Source of the DNA: an uncultured archaeon
Lineage (GTDB): Archaea; Iainarchaeota; Iainarchaeia; Iainarchaeales; DATDZZ01
Assembly: GCA_964373795.1 (NCBI GenBank)
Contig: CAYJVY010000001.1
Coordinates: 39,437 to 71,436 of the forward strand
DNA: 32,000 nt
Direction: 5' to 3'
Below, one piece after another: positions 25,820 through 32,000 of this stretch. The translations under genes were made by a program, and so were the position numbers. The stretch's first letter is position 1, and each line of letters opens with the position of its first letter. The notes beneath the pieces were generated by a model. It searched no databases, was not told where the DNA came from, and saw nothing but the letters and a program-made list of their open reading frames with translations.

Positions 25820-28800
25820 ATGACTGAATTGAAGTTTATTCAAAAAAGAAACAAGGAAACAGTTAAATTTGATGAAACAAAAATAACTGAAGCTATTTGG
25901 AAAGCAGCAAAAGCTGTTGGAGGAAAAAGTAAGGAAGTATCAGAACAATTAACTAAAACAGTTGTAGAAGAATTAAAGAAAAATTTAAGAGAAGGAGAAA
26001 ATCCTTCAGTTGAATTTGTTCAAGACATTGTTGAAAAGGCTTTAATTGAATCAGGGCATGCTAAAACAGCTAAAGCATATATTTTGTATAGACAAGAAAG
26101 AGCAAAACTGAGAAAAGAAAAACAATTAGTGTTAGAAAAAAATGAGTTAGATGAAGTTGATAAAAGATTTGACGTAAACGCTTTAAGGGTTTTAAAGTCC
26201 AGATATTTAAAGAAAAACGAGGAAGGAAAATTAATTGAAACTCCAAAAGAATTATTTACAAGAGTTGCTGTTCATGCAGCTTTACCAGATTTATTGTATG
26301 ATGAAAAAATTTTTGACTTAAAAGCAAAGCAACCCACTTACTCAGTTGAAGAATTTAATGTAAAAGAAAACAATTTAAAATACTCTATTGGAATATTTGC
26401 TTTAAACGAATTCCATTTAGAGGCATTAAAAAGAATGTATGACAGAGCTTCAAAAAACAAGTCAATGAAGGTTTCTTGGAGTACTTTTGTAGGAATGCTT
26501 GATAAAGGAGAATTTGATTCATATGAAAAAAACATTGAAAAATTCTATAACGTAATGACTGAAAAACGATTCATGCCAAATACTCCTGCAATAGCAAATT
26601 TTGGAAGCTTTCTAGGAATGGGAAGTGCTTGTTTTGCTTTAGGCGTTGAAGACTCAATTGATGCAATAATGGAGACATTAAAAAGCGCAGCAATAATATT
26701 CAAATCAGGAGGAGGACTTGGATATAATTTCTCTAAATTAAGGCCTGAAGGAGACTTTGTTTCAACTACTTCAGGAGTTGCTTCAGGGCCACTAAGTTTT
26801 ATGACTTTATTTGATAAAATGACTGAAGTAATAAAACAAGGAGGAATTAGAAGAGGAGCAAACATGGGAATATTAAATTCAAACCACCCAGACATAGAGA
26901 GATTTGTTTTAGCAAAAGCAGGAAACAAGGCTTTAACTAACTTCAATATAAGTGTTTTAATAATGCCTGATTTCTGGGAACACTATCACAATGGAACTCC
27001 ATATCCTTTAAGAAATCCTAGAACAAATGAAATAGTGAAAACAGTTGATGCAAGACTATTATTTGACAGAATTGTTTACCAAGCATGGGAATCAGCCGAA
27101 CCAGGAGTAATATTTTTTGACAAAGTAAATGAAACAAACCCATTCTATGAATACTTAGGGCCAATAGTTACAACAAATCCTTGCTTTACAAAAGGAACTA
27201 AGATCAAAACAGAGAAAGGAGTTAAGTCAATTGAAGAAGTAAAAATTGGAGAAATTGTTTTAACACATCTTGGAAGATATAAAAAAGTTTACCACACACA
27301 AGTTAGGAGATATACTGGAAAATTATATATAATTGAGTATCAGCTAAATACAAAAACTGTAAGGATTGAAGCAACAGAGGAACACCCTTTTTTAAGCACA
27401 AAACAAAAAGATGGAAAACTAGATTGGATTAATGCAAATCAATTAGAAAAAGGAAATTATTTAGCAATGCCAATAGAAAACAGTAAAACATTTGAAAAAA
27501 TTTCGTTTGGAAGCCAACAAATGCTCCAAGAAATTAATGTAAAGTATAACTTAATTGAAATAAAAAGTATTGAAGGCAAGGATGTTAAAAGTTTGCCTGT
27601 ATATAATTTTGCCGTAGAAGAAGATGAAAGTTATATTGCAAATGAGGTCGCAGTGCACAATTGCGGAGAAGTATTACTTTATCCAAATGAGCCATGCAAT
27701 TTAGGAAGCATTAATGTTCAATTCTTTGCAAAAGATGATGAAACTGGTAAAACATTTTTTGACTGGGAAGGATTAAAAGAAACAATTTTTACTTGCACAA
27801 GGTTTTTAGACAACGTAATAGATGTAAATAATTTTCCCTTGCCTGCAATTGAAGAAATGGCTTTAAAGACAAGAAAAATTGGTTTAGGAATAATGGGTTT
27901 AGGAGACTTAATGTATGAATTAAGAATCCCATTCAATACAGAGGAAGGAAGAAAATTCATGGAACAATTAATGGAATTCGTAAACTATTACTCTAAAGTT
28001 GAATCAATTGAATTAGCTAAAACAAGAGGAAAACTTCCATTATATGATCAAAGTTTTTACAAAGAAGGAAGACTTCCATTTAAAGGATTTGATTCACCAA
28101 AAGACTGGCATTTTGATTGGAATGAAATCTCTGAAAAAATTAAAACAATTGGAATAAGAAACGGGTATACAACAATTATTGCTCCAACTGGAAGCATTTC
28201 AATGATTGCAGGAACAAGTTCTGGAATGGAGCCAGTATACAGTTTAGTGTTTGAAAAAAACGTTAAAGTTGGATCGTTTTTTTATGCAGATCCAGTATTT
28301 GAAAAAGCAATGAAAGAAGAAGGATTATACGATGAAAAACTAATGGAAGAAATATGCAATAACTGCGGAAGCGTTCAAAGCATTCCATATGTTCCTCAAA
28401 GCTTAAAAGATTCATTTGTAACTGCAATGGACATTACTCCAGAAGAACACATTAGAGCATTAGCTTCATTCCAAAAATGGACTGATTCAAGTATTTCAAA
28501 AACAAACAATTTTCCAGCAAATGCAACAGTTGAGGACATGAGGCAAAGCTATTTACTTGCATATCAACTTGGATGCAAAGATGTAACTGTTTTCAGAGAC
28601 TCTTCAATTAAAAACCAGGTATTAAATGCTCCAAAGAAAAAAGAAGAACAAGAAACAAGTGAGCAAACAGAGTTAAAGAAAACTGAAACAAAGCCAAACA
28701 CTTTAACTGGAACAACAACTATTACTGCTAGTTCCGCTGTTACTTCAACTAAGACAAGTAAAGCAGTAATTGGTTCAAGTCCAAGATATGAACTAAAAAA

Positions 28801-28882
28801 CTGCCCTGAATGCAGTACCTCTCTTCAATTCAAAGAAGGGTGTGTAACTTGTCTTGGATGCGGATGGGGTTTATGCAAGTAA
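25820..28882 (+). CDS. nrdJ: Class II (adenosylcobalamin-dependent) ribonucleotide reductase with ATP-cone, interrupted by a 160-aa mini-intein
   Basis: N-terminal ATP-cone ([18 protein letters not shown]...YILYRQERA). Thiyl-radical loop [22 protein letters not shown] is restored on removing 27182-27661. C-terminal zinc ribbon [28 protein letters not shown] 25820 with a GAGG SD is preferred over the TTG at 25805. Confidence 0.9.
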   Translation: MTELKFIQKRNKETVKFDETKITEAIWKAAKAVGGKSKEVSEQLTKTVVEELKKNLREGENPSVEFVQDIVEKALIESGHAKTAKAYILYRQERAKLRKEKQLVLEKNELDEVDKRFDVNALRVLKSRYLKKNEEGKLIETPKELFTRVAVHAALPDLLYDEKIFDLKAKQPTYSVEEFNVKENNLKYSIGIFALNEFHLEALKRMYDRASKNKSMKVSWSTFVGMLDKGEFDSYEKNIEKFYNVMTEKRFMPNTPAIANFGSFLGMGSACFALGVEDSIDAIMETLKSAAIIFKSGGGLGYNFSKLRPEGDFVSTTSGVASGPLSFMTLFDKMTEVIKQGGIRRGANMGILNSNHPDIERFVLAKAGNKALTNFNISVLIMPDFWEHYHNGTPYPLRNPRTNEIVKTVDARLLFDRIVYQAWESAEPGVIFFDKVNETNPFYEYLGPIVTTNPCFTKGTKIKTEKGVKSIEEVKIGEIVLTHLGRYKKVYHTQVRRYTGKLYIIEYQLNTKTVRIEATEEHPFLSTKQKDGKLDWINANQLEKGNYLAMPIENSKTFEKISFGSQQMLQEINVKYNLIEIKSIEGKDVKSLPVYNFAVEEDESYIANEVAVHNCGEVLLYPNEPCNLGSINVQFFAKDDETGKTFFDWEGLKETIFTCTRFLDNVIDVNNFPLPAIEEMALKTRKIGLGIMGLGDLMYELRIPFNTEEGRKFMEQLMEFVNYYSKVESIELAKTRGKLPLYDQSFYKEGRLPFKGFDSPKDWHFDWNEISEKIKTIGIRNGYTTIIAPTGSISMIAGTSSGMEPVYSLVFEKNVKVGSFFYADPVFEKAMKEEGLYDEKLMEEICNNCGSVQSIPYVPQSLKDSFVTAMDITPEEHIRALASFQKWTDSSISKTNNFPANATVEDMRQSYLLAYQLGCKDVTVFRDSSIKNQVLNAPKKKEEQETSEQTELKKTETKPNTLTGTTTITASSAVTSTKTSKAVIGSSPRYELKNCPECSTSLQFKEGCVTCLGCGWGLCK
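27182..27661 (+). mobile_element. Mini-intein (Hint domain only) in the class II RNR, paralogous to the SufB intein
   Basis: [10 protein letters not shown] (block A), ATEEHPFL (block B), [21 protein letters not shown] (blocks F/G), +1 Cys of CGE. Exactly 480 nt. Aligns without gaps to 3618-4097. Confidence 0.85.
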
Positions 28883-28930
28883 ACCTTTTCCTTTATTTTT
28901 TTTAAATTTTTTAATTCTCAGGTGATTTAA

Positions 28931-29488
28931 TTGGGTAAACATATTCCTAAATTTGGTTTAGTGCAAGTGTTTTGGGGAAATGGTAAAGGAAAAACAACTG
29001 CTGCTCTAGGCCAAGCACTGCGTTGCCTTGGACGAGGATTCAAAGTTCACTTAATTCAATTCATGAAAGGAGGAATTAAAACAGAAAAAGATTTTGAAGA
29101 ATACGGAGAATTAATTGCATTAAAAAAATTCAAAAATTTTTCTGTTCAAAGATTTGGATTAAAGGAATGGGTTATAGGAAAACCAAAACCAGAACATATT
29201 AAACAAGCCATACACGCATTAGAGGCTGCAAAAAATTCCGCTGGTTCTAAAAAGTTTGATATAGTAATAGTTGATGAAATTCTTTACGCTATTCAAATGG
29301 GTTTATTATCTGAAGAAAACGTTTTAGAATTAATTTCTGCAAAAGCTGCAAACGTAGAATTGATTCTTACAGGAAGCCATAAACCTTTTGAAAAAATCTT
29401 TGAAAAAGCAGATCTAGTAACAGAAATAAAGAAATGGAAACATCCATTTGATAAAGGCATTACTGCTCGCATTGGAACAGAATTTTAA
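28931..29488 (+). CDS. cobO: ATP:cob(I)alamin adenosyltransferase, CobA/CobO/BtuR family
   Basis: P-loop WGNGKGKTTAALGQALRCLGRGFKVHLIQFMKG and VIVDEILYAI. TTG start with AGGTGA upstream. Confidence 0.8.
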   Translation: MGKHIPKFGLVQVFWGNGKGKTTAALGQALRCLGRGFKVHLIQFMKGGIKTEKDFEEYGELIALKKFKNFSVQRFGLKEWVIGKPKPEHIKQAIHALEAAKNSAGSKKFDIVIVDEILYAIQMGLLSEENVLELISAKAANVELILTGSHKPFEKIFEKADLVTEIKKWKHPFDKGITARIGTEF

Positions 29489-29572
29489 TTCAATTCAAAG
29501 CATTTCATAAACGTGCATTTGCTCACCTTTAAAATAATTTGTGAAGTAAGTAAATATATTGATGGTGGTTTA

Positions 29573-30133
29573 ATGGGGGTTTTATCGGATAGAGACATTA
29601 AAGAATACTTGAAAAAAGGCAAACTGGTAATTCAAGGAATAAAAGAAGAACATATTGGGCCATGCAATGTAGATTTATGTTTGGGAAACGAATTCAAAGT
29701 ATTTGATAATTCTCGTTTAACGCACATTGATTTGAAAAAGCCTACAGATAATTTAATGAAAACAATTGTAATAGAAAAGGATAAAACATTTATTATTCAT
29801 CCAGGAGAATTTGTTTTAGGAGTAACAAAAGAATACGTTAAAATTCCAGACGAATTAATGGGAAGACTAGATGGAAGAAGCTCGCTTGGAAGACTAGGAT
29901 TAATTGTTCATTCAACCGCAGGAATAGTACATCCGGGATTTGAAGGACAACTAGTTCTAGAAATGGCCAATCTATCAAATCTGCCAATTTCTTTATACCC
30001 TGAAATGAAAATCTGTCAAATAAATTTTGAAAAACTTTTAACTCCAGCAGAAAAACCTTACAATAAAAAAACCGATTCAAAATACATTGGACAAAAAGGA
30101 ACTCAGTCAAGCAAAATATCTTTAGAAAAGTAG
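29573..30133 (+). CDS. dcd: dCTP deaminase (possibly bifunctional dCTP deaminase/dUTPase)
   Basis: LSDRDIKEYL, GPCNVDLCLGNEFKVF, IHPGEFVLGVTKEYVKIPDELMGRLDGRSSLGRLGLIVHSTAG, PGFEGQLVLEMAN. ATG 29573 with GGTGG upstream is preferred over the GTG at 29513. Confidence 0.85.
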   Translation: MGVLSDRDIKEYLKKGKLVIQGIKEEHIGPCNVDLCLGNEFKVFDNSRLTHIDLKKPTDNLMKTIVIEKDKTFIIHPGEFVLGVTKEYVKIPDELMGRLDGRSSLGRLGLIVHSTAGIVHPGFEGQLVLEMANLSNLPISLYPEMKICQINFEKLLTPAEKPYNKKTDSKYIGQKGTQSSKISLEK

Positions 30134-30140
30134 ATTAAAA

Positions 30141-30932
30141 ATGCTTGAACAAAAAATTCAAACAAGTTTTGAAAAAATAATTTCTCTAGCTCCAAGCAAC
30201 ACTAATTTAATGATTTCATTAGGATTGCAAAAAAAATTAATTGGAGTAACAGAATACGACAAAAACTTGTTTAAAGAAAAATTTCATCCACAAACCGTGA
30301 CAGGGTGGCTTAATGCGGATTTCAAAAAAATTGAACAATTAAATCCTGAATTAATTTTAACTTCAACTTTTTTACAAGAAAAACTTGCATTAAAATTGCA
30401 AGAAAAAGGATTTAATGTAAAACACTTCAATGTACGCAATCTCACAGATATGAAGAAAAGCATTCTAGAATTAGGCAAAATATTTGACGTTCAAGAAAAG
30501 GCTGAAAAATTAGTGCAAGAATTTGAAATGCAATTAAATAAAGTTAAAGCTTTAACTAAAAATTTGGTGAAAAAAAAAGTTTACTGCGAGGAATGGAATT
30601 CTCCTCCAATGGTTTCAGGAAACTGGGTTCCAGAATTAGTTGAAATTGCGGGAGGAACTCCAATGACAACGTCAGGACATCCAAGCCGAAAATTTGAGTT
30701 CATTGAATTAAAAAAATTCAATCCAGATTTAATGATTCTGCATTGGTGCGGATTTGAAGACAAAATAAATGTGCAAGAAGTACTGAATAGAAGGGAATGG
30801 CAAGAATTAAAAGCAGTGAAAGAAAAACAAGTTTTCACTGTAAATGATAATTACTTGAATGCCCCTGATTTAAGGTTAATTCAAGGAGTGAAAAAAATGG
30901 TAAAACTAATTCAGGGATTAGAGGTTATTTAA
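30141..30932 (+). CDS. BtuF/TroA-like (Peripla_BP_2) cobalamin/metal-chelate binding protein lacking a signal peptide
   Basis: KIISLAPSNTNLMISLGLQKKLIGVTEYD and LNPELILTS are typical of class III substrate-binding proteins. The N-terminus MLEQKIQTSFEK has no hydrophobic leader or lipobox. Confidence 0.65.
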   Translation: MLEQKIQTSFEKIISLAPSNTNLMISLGLQKKLIGVTEYDKNLFKEKFHPQTVTGWLNADFKKIEQLNPELILTSTFLQEKLALKLQEKGFNVKHFNVRNLTDMKKSILELGKIFDVQEKAEKLVQEFEMQLNKVKALTKNLVKKKVYCEEWNSPPMVSGNWVPELVEIAGGTPMTTSGHPSRKFEFIELKKFNPDLMILHWCGFEDKINVQEVLNRREWQELKAVKEKQVFTVNDNYLNAPDLRLIQGVKKMVKLIQGLEVI

Positions 30933-31112
30933 ATGGTGAAAGACAATAGAGACAGGTTTTGGAGCATTCTTGAAAAAGACATTCAGTCCAGAAAGAAAGG
31001 CAGAAATTTTGGCATACCCATATAACGACATGTAATAGTGAAATTAATGACAAATACGCTTAAGAGAATTATTAAATATTTCAAATAAGAAAATATATTG
31101 AAGTGAATTAAA

Positions 31113-31403
31113 ATGGTTTCAGTAGAAGATGTTAGAAACGTGTTAAGCAAGATAAACGATCCGGAAATTCAAATGGATTTAGTTACTTTAGGATTAATTT
31201 ACAATGTAACAGTAATTGAAAACAAAGTGCAAATTAAAATGACTTTTACTACTCCTTTTTGCCCTTATGGCCCGGCTTTAGTTGAAGAAATAAAAGAAAC
31301 AGTAAAAAAAGAATTGCCTTCAATAAAAGAAGTTGAAGTTGAAGTAGTTTTTGATCCGCCATGGCAACCACCAGAACAATTAAAGGCAATGATGGGTTTT
31401 TAG
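31113..31403 (+). CDS. DUF59 / SufT-MIP18-like Fe-S assembly accessory protein
   Basis: INDPEIQMDLVTLGLIYNV and the conserved Cys context TFTTPFCPYGPAL. 96 aa. Confidence 0.75.
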   Translation: MVSVEDVRNVLSKINDPEIQMDLVTLGLIYNVTVIENKVQIKMTFTTPFCPYGPALVEEIKETVKKELPSIKEVEVEVVFDPPWQPPEQLKAMMGF

Positions 31404-31846
31404 AAGGAATTAAATTGAAAGCCGGAATTGATTTCATCGGAGTGGGAATTGGTACTTGGATTTTAAATGAAAAACAAGAAATACTTTTTTTACTGCGTTC
31501 ACAAAACGCTAAAAACGAGAAAGGAAAATGGACTATTCCTGGAGGAGAAGTAAATTTTGGAGAAACACTTGAACAAGCAGCAATAAGAGAAGCATTTGAA
31601 GAAACAGGTTTAACAATTGAAATTGAAAAATTATTAAAAGTAGTTAACCATATTTTGCCAGAAGAAAAACAACATTGGTGTAATCCTCATTTCAAGGCAA
31701 AAATTGTTTCAGGGCAAGCAAAAATAATGGAGCCAAAAAAATTTGATGCAATGAAATGGTTTTCTTTTCAAGATGTTCCAGAAAACTTAACAGTAAATGT
31801 AAAAGAAGTTTGGAAAGAAATTCTAGAAAGAAAAATTCAGATTTAA
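31361..31846 (+). CDS. NUDIX hydrolase
   Basis: Nudix box GGEVNFGETLEQAAIREAFEETGL (Gx5Ex7REUxEExGU). The ATG 31361 start overlaps the DUF59 gene by 43 nt. An alternative TTG at 31415 with GAAGGA upstream is about equally plausible. Confidence 0.8.
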   Translation: MATTRTIKGNDGFLEGIKLKAGIDFIGVGIGTWILNEKQEILFLLRSQNAKNEKGKWTIPGGEVNFGETLEQAAIREAFEETGLTIEIEKLLKVVNHILPEEKQHWCNPHFKAKIVSGQAKIMEPKKFDAMKWFSFQDVPENLTVNVKEVWKEILERKIQI

Positions 31847-32000
31847 AAAAAAGATACAAGAAAGACTTTGTATATATTATTAGGTTTTGTTGGTTGTTAG
31901 CTTTCTTATCAAAGTAACCCATCTAATAAGTATTGATAAGTTTCCTTAAAAAAAGAAAAGATTTAATTTATTTTTTCAAAGGATTTACTGCTTTTATTCC

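Noticed and set aside
377-31922. About 35 minus-strand ORFs of 60-160 aa in the supplied track (for example 377-685, 856-1185, 4802-5251, 18433-18915, 21163-21612, 26545-26946, 31692-31922)
   Set aside because: Each lies entirely or largely inside a + strand gene with clear family motifs. Their translations are low-complexity (Leu/Phe/Ser/Lys-rich) shadows, as expected in AT-rich DNA with few stop codons antisense to GAA/AAA-rich coding sequence. None has recognisable motifs or a convincing RBS.
31968-32000. Possible 3' end of a minus-strand gene at the window edge (reverse complement reads GIKAVNPLKK*)
   Set aside because: Only about 10 codons are visible, and another frame is equally open. 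Nearby inverted repeats (31854-31873 ATACAA/TTGTAT and 31905-31940 CTTATCAA/TTGATAAG) would fit convergent terminators. The evidence is too thin to call a CDS.

Overview
AT-rich (roughly 30% G+C by eye) prokaryotic chromosomal window. All 37 CDSs I can support lie on the + strand. Gene content and signals suggest a small-genome, DPANN-like archaeon (inference). The evidence is a complete A-type ATP synthase operon in the order atpH-I-K-E-C-F-A-B-D (15771-24352), BRE/TATA-like promoter elements, and a class II ribonucleotide reductase (RNR) with an ATP-cone and a C-terminal zinc ribbon. Other blocks:
- An unusually complete SUF Fe-S assembly cluster with an ArsR-type regulator gene directly upstream (sufC-B-D-S-U plus a DUF1858 protein, a ferredoxin and a VIT1/CCC1 iron transporter, 1747-8979).
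- An M17 leucyl aminopeptidase.
- A 640-aa secreted modular protein with about 50 cysteines, followed by a small lipoprotein-like gene.
- Endonuclease IV-like, O-methyltransferase and YdjM-like membrane hydrolase genes.
- An HD-GYP-type protein.
- A deoxynucleotide/B12 island: class II RNR, cob(I)alamin adenosyltransferase, dCTP deaminase and a BtuF-like binding protein without a signal peptide.
- DUF59/SufT-like and NUDIX genes at the 3' end.
The most striking observation is that SufB and the RNR are each interrupted by a 160-codon mini-intein with no room for a homing endonuclease. The two inteins are close paralogues (gap-free alignment, 108/160 identical residues by my hand count), yet they sit in unrelated host proteins at unrelated insertion sites. 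I recognised no rRNA, tRNA, CRISPR array, transposase or integrase.
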